Below the pieces are notes generated by a model. That model did not search any database. It was not told where the DNA came from and worked only from the letters and a program-made list of their open reading frames with translations. A stretch of DNA of 64,000 nt from an uncultured Rhodopirellula sp. GTDB lineage: Bacteria; Planctomycetota; Planctomycetia; Pirellulales; Pirellulaceae. This document shows positions 18,776-28,650 of this stretch, one piece after another (the stretch's first letter is position 1; each line of letters begins with the position of its first letter). The stretch is taken from the NCBI GenBank assembly GCA_964007735.1, contig CAXGAI010000014.1:1-64000 (forward strand). Reading direction: 5' to 3'. A program made the translations under genes and the position numbers.

Positions 18776-20275
18776 TTATTTGTAATCAGCGCCGGTGAGA
18801 CTGTTGAGCACAGAGTCCTGCCATTGTTTCATTGTTGTCCGCAGGTTTGATACGACCTCAGGATACTTCTCTGCAATGTCATGCTCCTCTGCCGAGTCCT
18901 GACGTATATCGAACAATTCGATGGTTTGGTCTGTGCCGGTGCCGCGAATTACCAATTTGTAATGAGAGGATAATATGGCGCGGTTTCCGGTGTAATCAGA
19001 AGGCACGATCTTGGCGTGTTTGAAATTGACGAAATTTCGGGTGTAGATATCACCCATCATTTTGACCAATGGCGTCGTACCGATTTGCAGATCGTTTTCA
19101 ATCCACGGTTCTCGTTGCAGGTCAGCACGGTGATTGAATTGCCAGAAGCATATTGGGGTGGGCCGCTGTTTGAGGGGATTGTCTATGAGACCTGTCAAAG
19201 AGATTCCGTCGAGAGTCACGGTAGGAATGGGAATGCCTGCTATCTCACAAAGTGTCGGTAAGATATCGCTGGTGACGGAATGAAACGGAGAGACGATTGG
19301 CGTTTGAATCCTGGCCGGCCACTCAATCACGCCGGGTACGCGAAGTCCTCCGTCATAGATTTGTCCTTTTCTCCCTCGAAGTGGGGAGGTTACGATTCCG
19401 TCACCCGGGGTTCCGTTATCACCGCAGTACCAAAGGATGGTGTTATCACGCACTTTCTTTTTCGTAAGGTAGTTTCTTAGCGTACCGATGGAACGATCCA
19501 TCGCAGTGATTTCTGCGTAACGCTCCTGCAGAATATCACCCAGTGGTCTGGTCGTTGGCCTCCCGGTTTGATTGGATGTCAGACGGAAGGTTTGTGCATT
19601 ATATTTGGCTGGAAGATCAGCATAGAGTTTTAGGTCGTGTTTCAGACCACTATATGGTTCGTGAGGTGAGCCGTACCAAAGAACGACGAAAAAGGGTTTT
19701 CGCTGCCGTTTTGCTTTAGCGATAAATTTTGTTGCTGCCGCAACGATGATTTCGGAACCTTCCCCAGCAATCATCTGTGGATCACCACCGTTTCGAGAGA
19801 GGGTGGGGTTTAATTCAAAGAAATTGTCGTGAGATAACCATTCGTCAAAACCGGCATTTCCTGGGTTCGTCGGGGAGGACTTCTTGACGGGCCCCAGGTG
19901 CCATTTGCCAAAGTGACCACAGAGATATCCCTTTTCTTTCAATAGCCTGGCAATGGTGATTTCCTCCGGCCGGAATGAGCGGCCTGGAGTGAAAGTGCCA
20001 TAACGGTTAGGGTGCCTGCCGGTTAATACACTTCCACGGGTTGGGCTGCAGGAAGAATGTGCTGCATAAAAGCGATCCAATCGTAGACCGTTAGCGGCCA
20101 TTTCATCTAATATCGGAGTGAATAAATGCGGATGGCCGTTATAGCCGGTTTCATCCCATCCGTGGTCGTCCCCCATCAAGAGGATAATGTTTGGAAGTTC
20201 CTCACTGCAGTTGGCTGTAGAGCCTAATAGCAAAGTTAAAACGAAAGTAATGACCGCGAAAAATCTAGAGGGCAT
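18776..20275 (-). CDS. Sulfatase (S1 family, Cys-type)
   Basis: PNIILLMGDD, CSPTRGSVLTG, GKWHLG, GDNG; signal peptide. Confidence 0.95.
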   Translation of the reverse strand: MPSRFFAVITFVLTLLLGSTANCSEELPNIILLMGDDHGWDETGYNGHPHLFTPILDEMAANGLRLDRFYAAHSSCSPTRGSVLTGRHPNRYGTFTPGRSFRPEEITIARLLKEKGYLCGHFGKWHLGPVKKSSPTNPGNAGFDEWLSHDNFFELNPTLSRNGGDPQMIAGEGSEIIVAAATKFIAKAKRQRKPFFVVLWYGSPHEPYSGLKHDLKLYADLPAKYNAQTFRLTSNQTGRPTTRPLGDILQERYAEITAMDRSIGTLRNYLTKKKVRDNTILWYCGDNGTPGDGIVTSPLRGRKGQIYDGGLRVPGVIEWPARIQTPIVSPFHSVTSDILPTLCEIAGIPIPTVTLDGISLTGLIDNPLKQRPTPICFWQFNHRADLQREPWIENDLQIGTTPLVKMMGDIYTRNFVNFKHAKIVPSDYTGNRAILSSHYKLVIRGTGTDQTIELFDIRQDSAEEHDIAEKYPEVVSNLRTTMKQWQDSVLNSLTGADYK

Positions 20276-20318
20276 GTTCAGGGCTCAGTTAGGAATAAAG
20301 GGGTAATGGCTAACTGAA

Positions 20319-21761
20319 TTATATAAACAAATCGAGCACAGGTTTGCCAGAGGTGAGTTGGTGGGGCCGACCGATAGCATCTTGGATTTGCCAATTCGGG
20401 TTGATTCCGAGTGCCATAAAGATGGTCGCCGCCATATCTTCCGGGCTGACGGGGTGGGCAGTAGCATAGGCAGCATGCTTGTCGGTTTCCCCGTAGATAA
20501 ATCCACGTTTGATACCCCCTCCGGCTAAAACGGCAGGAAAAAGTGTGCTCCAGTGATTACGTCCCCAACTACTGTTGGCTTTGGGAGTCCGGCCCATTTC
20601 ACCCATGACGACAATAAGTGTATCGTCTAGCATTCCTCGGTCATCGAGGTCATTGACAAGAGCCGCAAATGCCTGGTCAAAGGTGGGGAGTAGATGTTTT
20701 TTGACATCGTCGCTGTTGCGGTGTGAATCCCAGCTATATCCGTCGACGCAGTCGTACTGTACGGTGACAAAACGCGTTCCGGCTTCAATGAGACGGCGAG
20801 CCACTAAAGCGGACTGCCCGTAGAGATGTCGGCCATAAGTATCTCGCGTCTTTGGATCTTCTTTCGTAACATCGAAAGCCTCTCGAGCTTTGTCGGACAA
20901 GACAAGTTCTAATGCTCTGGCACGGTATTTATCAAATACCCGGGTGCGATCCAGTTCCCGCAGTGTCTGCTGGTGTTCATTAATTCGGTTGAGTAGTTGA
21001 GCCCGGGAGTTAAAACGCCCAATGGTCATGCCGGCCTGCGGACTAAGTCCCTTTATGCTGAACTGGAGTTCTTCGTCCGTGCAGGTTCGCCAGAAGGGGT
21101 TATCGTTTTCCGAATTTTTATTGACCCCGGTTACAACTGGCGCATAAGCGCCGCCCAGCCAGCCTGCGGTTTCACCCGGCCTGGCGATATCCCCTTTTTG
21201 TTGTAGGCTGCCTAAAGCATTTGGTAATACCGCGTAAGTCGGGGCTTCATTGATAAGACCACGACGTTGATCGAAATACTTGGCGACACTCCCGATGGCA
21301 GGCCAATCCTGTGGGGTCACATTAAAACCGCCCCCAATGGGAACGTGCCAACGGTGGCCTGTTTGGACATAGTGACCGGCTCCGCTATGGTCGTTAAAGT
21401 CATGTGTCATGGTTTTAACAACCGTGATTTTGTCAGTGATCTGAGCGATATTTGGCAGGTGTTCGCAAACGAGCAGTCCGTCCGTTGAACAGGGAATGGG
21501 CTTGAAAGGACCACGGATGTCACTTGGAGCATCCGGCTTCATGTCGAATGTTTCTAACTGACTGGGACCGCCAAACAAATGCATGAAAATGACATTTTTG
21601 GCAGAAGGGCTTGGGGCGTCGTCAAAGTTGTTGTCGACGGCCTCAAGAACCTTCGGTAAGCTGACACCAAGCATCCCGGCACCGGCGGCTTGCAGAAGTC
21701 GGCGGCGATTAGTCTCAGGTGCCTGATTTAATAAAGTTAACAATGCTGCGGCTCTCGTCAA
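20319..21761 (-). CDS. DUF1501 domain protein (unpartnered subtype)
   Basis: NRRRLL; GGPSQLETFDMKPDAP..IRGPF, WDSH, GEMGRTP, GRNHW. Overlaps the upstream DUF1501 gene by 4 bp. Confidence 0.93.
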   Translation of the reverse strand: MTRAAALLTLLNQAPETNRRRLLQAAGAGMLGVSLPKVLEAVDNNFDDAPSPSAKNVIFMHLFGGPSQLETFDMKPDAPSDIRGPFKPIPCSTDGLLVCEHLPNIAQITDKITVVKTMTHDFNDHSGAGHYVQTGHRWHVPIGGGFNVTPQDWPAIGSVAKYFDQRRGLINEAPTYAVLPNALGSLQQKGDIARPGETAGWLGGAYAPVVTGVNKNSENDNPFWRTCTDEELQFSIKGLSPQAGMTIGRFNSRAQLLNRINEHQQTLRELDRTRVFDKYRARALELVLSDKAREAFDVTKEDPKTRDTYGRHLYGQSALVARRLIEAGTRFVTVQYDCVDGYSWDSHRNSDDVKKHLLPTFDQAFAALVNDLDDRGMLDDTLIVVMGEMGRTPKANSSWGRNHWSTLFPAVLAGGGIKRGFIYGETDKHAAYATAHPVSPEDMAATIFMALGINPNWQIQDAIGRPHQLTSGKPVLDLFI

Positions 21762-23146
21762 AATAATTCATGGATCGCGGTGGGGTCTTCGAGGACGGGA
21801 GTTGGGCGGCCTGCGTGATCAAGGATGTGCAACTTAGGGTCGATGCCCATACATTCATATACAGTGGCATGAATATTTGAAGGTGTTACTGGTCGGTCCT
21901 TGGCGGCATCCCCTTTTTTGGTGGTCGAGCCAATGAGGCGTCCACCTTTTATCCCCCCGCCACCCATGAGACAAAACATCGAATTTCCCCAATGATCTCT
22001 CCCGGGCGTTCCCTTGCTCAGTGGGGGGCCTCCGTTGCCTCCATCATTCATTCTGGGGGTACGACTGAACTCGCCACATAACATCACGACGGTTGTTTCC
22101 AGTAGTCCTCTCTGATCCAGGTCTGCAAATAAAGTCGCGACTGCAGCGTCCACCCGAGGTAACAATGTTTCATACCCGCTTTGCAGGTTCCAGTGGTGAT
22201 CCCAGCCGCTAAATTGGACGGTCACAAAGGACGCTCCAGCTTCGACTAAACGACGGGCCAGAAGTGTGCTTTGCCCCCAAGTGTGGCGTCCGTATTCGTC
22301 TCGTAGACCATCGTTCTCCTGATTGATGTCAAATGCCTGTCGAGCCTTTTCACCCGTAACAAAACTGAATGCCTGTTGATCAAATTGGTCAAGAGCATCA
22401 AAGGTGCCTTTTGATTCGATCTGGCGACTGATTTTGTCGAGTTCACCGCGAAGTTGCGTACGGTCGTCAAGCCGATCTACCGTAATGCCTGTCGGCAGGA
22501 CCATGTTCTCTACTTTGAAGTTGGCGTTGTTTGGGTCTCCCTTGGTTTGAAAAGGATCATATTGCACGCCTAAGAATTTACCGCCAAAGTACCCCGGTAC
22601 ACGTCCCACACTAGAGGCTGAGGGAACCGAAACATAAGGTGGCACCTCCCGGCTTATCGTTTCACGTTGTTGAGCAACGACCGCTCCAAGCCCCGGGAAC
22701 TTGCCAATGTTATTAGCCCCGCTGACCCCCATGTTTTTCGTTGTGAGCATGCGATGAGCGCCGCCGAAATGGTCGCCAGTGCCGTGGTGCAGTGAACGGA
22801 CGATTGAGAATTTGTCAGTATGCTGTGCCTGCTTTGGATATAGTTCCGTAATGTCAAATCCGGGCACCTTGGTTTGGATGGGATTCCAAATACCTCGGTA
22901 TTCAATCGGGGCATCTGGTTTCATGTCGTACATGTCCATATGGCCGGGGCCGCCATCGAGCCAAATCAAAATCGTAGACACATCGGATTTGCTTTGATTG
23001 GCACTGGCTGCTTTCGCCCGTAGAACATCGCTTAGGCTAAGGGAGGTCAGACCGGCAACACCAAGCTGGACGAAACTTCGCCGAGTGATGCCATCGCAGT
23101 ACTCACGTGACCGTTTATCTTTGGCTTTAGCAAATAGTCGTAACAT
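21758..23146 (-). CDS. DUF1501 domain protein (unpartnered subtype)
   Basis: CDGITRRSFV; GGPGHMDMYDMKPDAP.EYRG, WDHH, GEFSRTP, GRDHW. Confidence 0.93.
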   Translation of the reverse strand: MLRLFAKAKDKRSREYCDGITRRSFVQLGVAGLTSLSLSDVLRAKAASANQSKSDVSTILIWLDGGPGHMDMYDMKPDAPIEYRGIWNPIQTKVPGFDITELYPKQAQHTDKFSIVRSLHHGTGDHFGGAHRMLTTKNMGVSGANNIGKFPGLGAVVAQQRETISREVPPYVSVPSASSVGRVPGYFGGKFLGVQYDPFQTKGDPNNANFKVENMVLPTGITVDRLDDRTQLRGELDKISRQIESKGTFDALDQFDQQAFSFVTGEKARQAFDINQENDGLRDEYGRHTWGQSTLLARRLVEAGASFVTVQFSGWDHHWNLQSGYETLLPRVDAAVATLFADLDQRGLLETTVVMLCGEFSRTPRMNDGGNGGPPLSKGTPGRDHWGNSMFCLMGGGGIKGGRLIGSTTKKGDAAKDRPVTPSNIHATVYECMGIDPKLHILDHAGRPTPVLEDPTAIHELF

Positions 23147-23285
23147 CGGATTCTCTCGTGGTTAAATCGTGTCAACGTCTTCTATTTTAAATATCGGCGC
23201 GTTGAACCTCAATGTTGATTGGTTATAAACTACGTCTAAAGGGGGGGCGGTTGAAGTTAGGGTGAAAGTGGTAGAAAAGTCCTGT

Positions 23286-24332
23286 TTAATCTCTTTCGGT
23301 CTTTAGTATGGGTTGTCGTTTTGTCGGTAAAGGAAAGGCCTCCAGAGTCTCGTATTTACCGGTCTCCATACTGGCTCCTCCAATCAGCAGCCCTTCACCA
23401 GTAGAGATGGGTAGAAGCCGATGGAAGAAGCGGGCTTCCCTAATGGTGCTAGTTACTTCAAATTCTCCGAGAGAATTAAGTGTTTGGATTGAACCGTCAT
23501 AGGCAGAAACGATGATCCTGCCGCCGGCATTGCAACTTGCGGTCCCAAATCCAGTCAGTTCGGATTCGCCAATCAGTGTGGGGCCATCTGTCCACTTGTT
23601 TGTACGATGATCATAGAACACGGTGCGAGGGGTCGTCTCACCAGTGTCTTGCATTCCCCCAACAACGAGGATGCCATGCTTCGTAGGTGCTATTGAGACA
23701 GCGCGGCGACGGTACGGGAAATCCGCAATGGCCGTCCATTGTCCAGTTCGAGCACGGAGGTTAAACGTCCACGCGGTTTGGTGCCAGACAGGATCGTCTT
23801 CTCCCTGCATTTTCCAACCTCCAACAACGTAAAGAATTCCGTTGCTGGATACGACGGCGTCAAAGGATGATCGCCCCTCCGGCAAGTCAGGCAGGACGGT
23901 CCACTGTTTGGTTTTGAGATTAAATCTTGCAAACGATCGTTGAGACCATAAATCATGGTCATCGCCTGGAGCGTTTAACGCCGTGAATCCCCCGAGGCGG
24001 TAAAGCGAGTTTTTATAAGCAACTAATGCGAGACCCTGTAAACGTGGTCCCTGGCTTAATTGCGACCATTGTTTCGTTTTTAAGTCCAGTTCCCATAACG
24101 TGTTGGCCTGATCCGCGGTTGAGTAACGGTGGGCTTGCCCAAAGTGTCCCCCATAGTAATAAATCTTGCCCTGGTGAACCGTTGCTCCAAAACTGGTTAC
24201 CGGCTCTGGTATTGGAGGATAGGGGGTTTCAATGTCTTTGGCTTGAAGCGGTCCAATAAACGTAAAAAGAGCTGCTGTTATCACTGCTTTGAGGAGGGAA
24301 GTGAGCATCGTGGTTAGATGATTTCGTGACAT
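23286..24332 (-). CDS. Kelch-repeat beta-propeller protein, secreted
   Basis: Repeated GG blades (IYYYGG, LYRLGG, LYVVGG, ILVVGG, LLIGG) with downstream W residues; signal peptide. Start uncertain (ORF extends to 24344). Confidence 0.85.
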   Translation of the reverse strand: MSRNHLTTMLTSLLKAVITAALFTFIGPLQAKDIETPYPPIPEPVTSFGATVHQGKIYYYGGHFGQAHRYSTADQANTLWELDLKTKQWSQLSQGPRLQGLALVAYKNSLYRLGGFTALNAPGDDHDLWSQRSFARFNLKTKQWTVLPDLPEGRSSFDAVVSSNGILYVVGGWKMQGEDDPVWHQTAWTFNLRARTGQWTAIADFPYRRRAVSIAPTKHGILVVGGMQDTGETTPRTVFYDHRTNKWTDGPTLIGESELTGFGTASCNAGGRIIVSAYDGSIQTLNSLGEFEVTSTIREARFFHRLLPISTGEGLLIGGASMETGKYETLEAFPLPTKRQPILKTERD

Positions 24333-24544
24333 TCTAATGGGCAAATAAGTGATTTTTATGGGTTAGCTTAATGAAAACAAGGGTTTCAAGAAAATGTTAC
24401 GTATAGTTTACAAGATACTCCATTAAAATGCTTTCATGCTGTTGTGGATTAGCCAGAAATCTTAGATGATAGGTGTTCGCGGAATGTGTTGTCCCGACCT
24501 CCGTGATTGATTTAAAGCTCATCTCGTCATTGCGGAAAACCTTA

Positions 24545-25549
24545 GTGCGATCAGAAAAAGAAATACTGATTGAATCGAAAGAATTCGCCTCCGAAACTCC
24601 TTGGGTTAGCTGGTGGTGCATGGTCACGACGGCAGTGGTTTGGATTGCGTGCGTGGTAGCTACACTTCTTACCGACACTTGGTGGTTGCGACTCTGCTGC
24701 AGTTGTCTACTTGGTCTGGTACATGTTCGCTTGTTTGTGATTTATCATGATTTTCAGCATGGTGCACTACTACCAAAGTCGCGGTTAGTTCGTGGCTTTA
24801 TGTTTCTGTTTGGTTGCATCACGCTTAGCCCACCAAGCGTTTGGAAGCGTTCCCATAACCATCATCACAAAAACAATGCCAAACTATTTGGGGCTTCGAT
24901 TGGTTCGTATCCTGTCATGACGACGGAAGCCTATGCAGAGGCAAGTTTTTGGCAACGACTGTTGTACAAGTTCTCACGTCATCCATTGACGATTGGGGGC
25001 GGTTACTTAACGGTGTTTTTTATCGGTATGACGGTTCGTCCCCTGTTTCTCAATCCTAAGCGACACTGGGATGCCATTTGCTCCTTGTTGGTACATGCTG
25101 GTCTGATTGTTGCACTGGCCTTTGTAGATCCGATGGGGATTCTTTTTGTTACGTGTGTTCCAATGATCATCGCAGGTGCGTCTGGTGCCTATTTGTTCTA
25201 TGCTCAGCACAACTATCCGGATGTCGCCTTAAAACTGGGTAAAGACTGGAACTATGTGACGGCAGCTTTGAAGTCCTCAAGCTATATAAAGATGCACCCG
25301 ATCCTGCATTGGTTTACTGCTAATATTGGCTACCATCATGTGCATCATTTGAATCATCGAATTCCTTTCTATAAACTGCCGAAAGCAATGGCTGCTATTA
25401 AGGAACTGCATAATCCCGGGGTCACTTCATTGCGTCCATGGGATGTCTACAAATGCCTGCGTTTAAAGCTTTGGGATGTAAACGAAGAACGTCTCGTTTC
25501 GTTTGCCTGGGCTCGACGTCAACGCAGAGCCGCCCGCATCACAGCGTAG
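24545..25549 (+). CDS. Membrane fatty acid desaturase
   Basis: Three His boxes (HDFQH, HNHHH, HHVHH) plus YAQHNY and RIPFYKL. GTG start at 24545 preferred over 24473. Confidence 0.92.
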   Translation: MRSEKEILIESKEFASETPWVSWWCMVTTAVVWIACVVATLLTDTWWLRLCCSCLLGLVHVRLFVIYHDFQHGALLPKSRLVRGFMFLFGCITLSPPSVWKRSHNHHHKNNAKLFGASIGSYPVMTTEAYAEASFWQRLLYKFSRHPLTIGGGYLTVFFIGMTVRPLFLNPKRHWDAICSLLVHAGLIVALAFVDPMGILFVTCVPMIIAGASGAYLFYAQHNYPDVALKLGKDWNYVTAALKSSSYIKMHPILHWFTANIGYHHVHHLNHRIPFYKLPKAMAAIKELHNPGVTSLRPWDVYKCLRLKLWDVNEERLVSFAWARRQRRAARITA

Positions 25550-25568
25550 TGAATTCAAACCATTGCCA

Positions 25569-26756
25569 GTGAAAGGGTCAGTCGTGGTCGAATCGGGGGC
25601 GAGTAACTGGAATATTCGCTTTAAGCATTTATATGTGTTCGTGATGTTCTGCCTGCTAACTAGTTCATCTGTAGGTCAGCAGCCTTTTGTGGAATATAGC
25701 GAACGTGACAGTGCCTATTTGAGTCGTCTGCACACTCGGGTTCGCGGCCCGTTGGCGGTTGAGCAACTACGTCCGCGTGGAGTACCTCGCTGGCAGTTGA
25801 TAGCGAGGCGAAAACTGACGGAATTACTTGGTTTGGATGTGATCGCGAGAGATAACCGGGGTTATCAAAGTCAGGTGCGTTTGCAAGATGCGATAGCAGA
25901 TGATGGTTTCAGTCGTACTTTGGGTAAGATAGAGACTGAAGCAGGGATTGAGATTCCGTTCTGGTTACTCATTCCCAATGGAGAGGACCATCCCCCACGC
26001 CCTTTAGCTGTTTGCGCACAAGGGCACGGTGGTAATAGCTGGAATAACTATGCAGGCATCTACCAAAATGCGGCGGAGCGTGAAAAGGCATTAGCTCGTA
26101 ATGCCACTCCGGGGCTTGAGGCTGTTCGCCGCGGATATATTACTATTGTTCCTGCAGTCCGGGGTTTGGCTACGGTCGCATCAATCGCCGACCCTAAGGG
26201 CCGGCATGGAAACCAACTTTGCCGAGCTCAGTTGGTTCATTGTTTATTGGCAGGCCGCACGGCGATTGGAGAACGCGTCTGGGACTGTCAGAAAGTCCTT
26301 GACTGGGCACTGACTGGATTGCCTAATGTTGACACAAAACGGGTGCTGTTCACAGGGAATTCCGGCGGCGGTGTGCTCACGGTATATATGGCAGCCTTAG
26401 ATGAACGGATTACTGTTGCAGTACCCAGTTGCTCTTTTACTTCGTATACCGATCTTTCCGGCTTTGTCTTTCATTGTGATTGCTGTCTAGTTCCAAGGGT
26501 TCAGTCTGAGCTGGGAGATTTTTCTGATATCGGAGCGTTGGTGGTTCCTCGCTATTTATTGGCCGTGCATGGAAAACAGGATGGACTTCATCACTACCCG
26601 GCAGTCGAAGCAGCAATGACCCGTGTGGCGCGGGTGTACGGCCTCCTCAATCAGGAGGATAAATTCGCTCATCGTTGGGGCCAGGAGGGACATAAGTTTT
26701 ATCCTGATATAATGTGGCCGTTTATCGAAAATGCATTTGCGGAACTCCACAAGTAG
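25569..26756 (+). CDS. Alpha/beta hydrolase (dienelactone hydrolase / acetyl xylan esterase-like)
   Basis: QGHG, GERVWD, nucleophile elbow GNSGGG, LDERI, HCDCC, GHKF. Start uncertain. Confidence 0.85.
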   Translation: MKGSVVVESGASNWNIRFKHLYVFVMFCLLTSSSVGQQPFVEYSERDSAYLSRLHTRVRGPLAVEQLRPRGVPRWQLIARRKLTELLGLDVIARDNRGYQSQVRLQDAIADDGFSRTLGKIETEAGIEIPFWLLIPNGEDHPPRPLAVCAQGHGGNSWNNYAGIYQNAAEREKALARNATPGLEAVRRGYITIVPAVRGLATVASIADPKGRHGNQLCRAQLVHCLLAGRTAIGERVWDCQKVLDWALTGLPNVDTKRVLFTGNSGGGVLTVYMAALDERITVAVPSCSFTSYTDLSGFVFHCDCCLVPRVQSELGDFSDIGALVVPRYLLAVHGKQDGLHHYPAVEAAMTRVARVYGLLNQEDKFAHRWGQEGHKFYPDIMWPFIENAFAELHK

Positions 26757-26781
26757 TCTTGATAAAAAGGTTTCTAAATCA

Positions 26782-28644
26782 ATGCAACGCCACGTGGAGC
26801 AATTAATCGACTGGATCGATCAGGAGTCAGCTGCTCAGGCTAAGCAGTTAGACGAGCGTCGGCAGCGAAGTGGAGATGGTGGCGCGGAACGAACAGGGGA
26901 AACACTCCTGGACATGGCATTGGTGGATACGCGGCCGGGGCTGGCAGGCGCGACCATCGCCACATTTGTGAAACGCAATCGAGAGCGAGGTCTTCCACCG
27001 AACCGGTTTCGCGTTGGCACGCCGGTGATGACCACCGGTAATGGAGCGGATGTTGAGCTTGCTCGTGGAGTGGTTGTCGCCAGAGATTCCCAGACCTTAA
27101 AAGTATCTTTGCCCTTTGTCCCCGATGGAGGCCGGTATCGCTTGGATGTCCAGCCGGACGAGATCACTCGTCAGAGACAGAAAGAAGTTCTCGCGGGTTT
27201 GTCTGAAGCTGCTGGTAGATTAGGGCAATTGAAAGAAGTGTTGCTGGGCGGTAGACCACCGGAGTCCTCGGCCGCGACCTATGAGAATTCAAAACTGAAT
27301 TCGTCACAGCTTGCAGCGGTACAGCAATGCCTTTCAGCGAAGGATGTTAGCATTATTCATGGGCCTCCAGGAACCGGAAAAACCACGACGGTCGTGGAGT
27401 TAATTAAGGCCTCGGTGAGGCAAGGACAAAAGATACTTGCCACCGCACCAAGTAACACTGCTGTCGATAACCTTCTCGAAAAACTAGTTGCGGAGGGTGT
27501 CAAATCGGTTCGTTTGGGACATCCGGCTCGTGTTGAACGCAGCCTGGTTGAACACACGCTTGACGCGCAGGTGTCTCGGGATGAGACAATGGAAATTGTC
27601 AAGGATATGCGTCGTGAATCAGAGCAGTACTTTCGTAGAGCCGGAAGATATACAAGGAGTCAGCCGCCCCGTGGGGCGAAACAGGATATGTATAACGAAG
27701 GGAAGCGTTTACGGCAGGATGCGCGGCTTCTGGAAAAAACCGTGGTAGATTGGGTTTTGGATCGTGCTGATGTTATTTGTGCGACGAATTCGATCAACAC
27801 GCATTTGCTCACGGGTCGGCGTTTCGATCTGGCAGTGATTGATGAAGCCTGTCAGTGCACGGAACCGTCCTGTTGGGTTCCACTGCAGTTAGCCGATAAA
27901 CTCGTTTTGGCAGGCGACCACTGTCAGTTGCCACCGACAGTAGTTTCCACCAAGGCTGCTAAAGAAGGATTTACTGTCAGCCTGCTAGAGCGGCTAGTCG
28001 GTTTGTATGGGAACCAAATCACAACACGTCTTGCAACGCAATATCGAATGCACCACCAAATTATGCAGTTTTCCTCGGATCATTTTTATGAAAGTGGCTT
28101 ACTGGCAGACGACTCAGTGGCAGAACACCTTTTAGATGAACTTACAGGTGTATCGACGGCAGCTCTGACTTCCACTCCTTTACAGTTCATTGATACTGCA
28201 GGTGCTGATTGGGATGAAGAACAAGAAGAGGGTGGTGAAAGTCGGTTGAATCGTTCAGAGGCCCGGTTGGTGATGAAAAAAATTAACGCCTTAGTTGAAT
28301 GTGGCGTTACCCCCGGTTCGATAGCGGTGATTACGCCTTACTCTGCACAGGCACGATATATTCGCTCTCTGGGTGAATTTCAGGGAGTTGAGATCGATAC
28401 AGTCGACGGATTCCAAGGCCGTGAAAAAGAGGTTGTCATTATTTCCTGTGTGCGCAGTAATCGTGATGGTGAGATCGGGTTCCTCGGCGATACACGCCGG
28501 ATGAATGTGGCTTTGACGCGTGCTCGTCGCAAGTTGATCGTGATTGGTGATAGTGCGACATTGGGAAATAATGAATTTTACTCCCAATTACTTAGTTACT
28601 TTGAGCAAGTTGGCGCATATTCCAGTGTTTGGACTGAAATGTAA
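26782..28644 (+). CDS. IGHMBP2/Upf1-like SF1 helicase (DNA2/NAM7 type)
   Basis: LNSSQ, HGPPGTGKT, APSNTAVDNL, VIDEACQ, AGDHCQLPP, QYRMH, ITPYSAQ, TVDGFQGREKE, RRMNVALTRAR. Confidence 0.95.
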   Translation: MQRHVEQLIDWIDQESAAQAKQLDERRQRSGDGGAERTGETLLDMALVDTRPGLAGATIATFVKRNRERGLPPNRFRVGTPVMTTGNGADVELARGVVVARDSQTLKVSLPFVPDGGRYRLDVQPDEITRQRQKEVLAGLSEAAGRLGQLKEVLLGGRPPESSAATYENSKLNSSQLAAVQQCLSAKDVSIIHGPPGTGKTTTVVELIKASVRQGQKILATAPSNTAVDNLLEKLVAEGVKSVRLGHPARVERSLVEHTLDAQVSRDETMEIVKDMRRESEQYFRRAGRYTRSQPPRGAKQDMYNEGKRLRQDARLLEKTVVDWVLDRADVICATNSINTHLLTGRRFDLAVIDEACQCTEPSCWVPLQLADKLVLAGDHCQLPPTVVSTKAAKEGFTVSLLERLVGLYGNQITTRLATQYRMHHQIMQFSSDHFYESGLLADDSVAEHLLDELTGVSTAALTSTPLQFIDTAGADWDEEQEEGGESRLNRSEARLVMKKINALVECGVTPGSIAVITPYSAQARYIRSLGEFQGVEIDTVDGFQGREKEVVIISCVRSNRDGEIGFLGDTRRMNVALTRARRKLIVIGDSATLGNNEFYSQLLSYFEQVGAYSSVWTEM

Positions 28645-28650
28645 TGCGAG

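Noticed and set aside
26782..28644. Anti-phage defence helicase
   Set aside because: No nuclease domain or defence-type neighbours; it looks like an ordinary IGHMBP2-like helicase.
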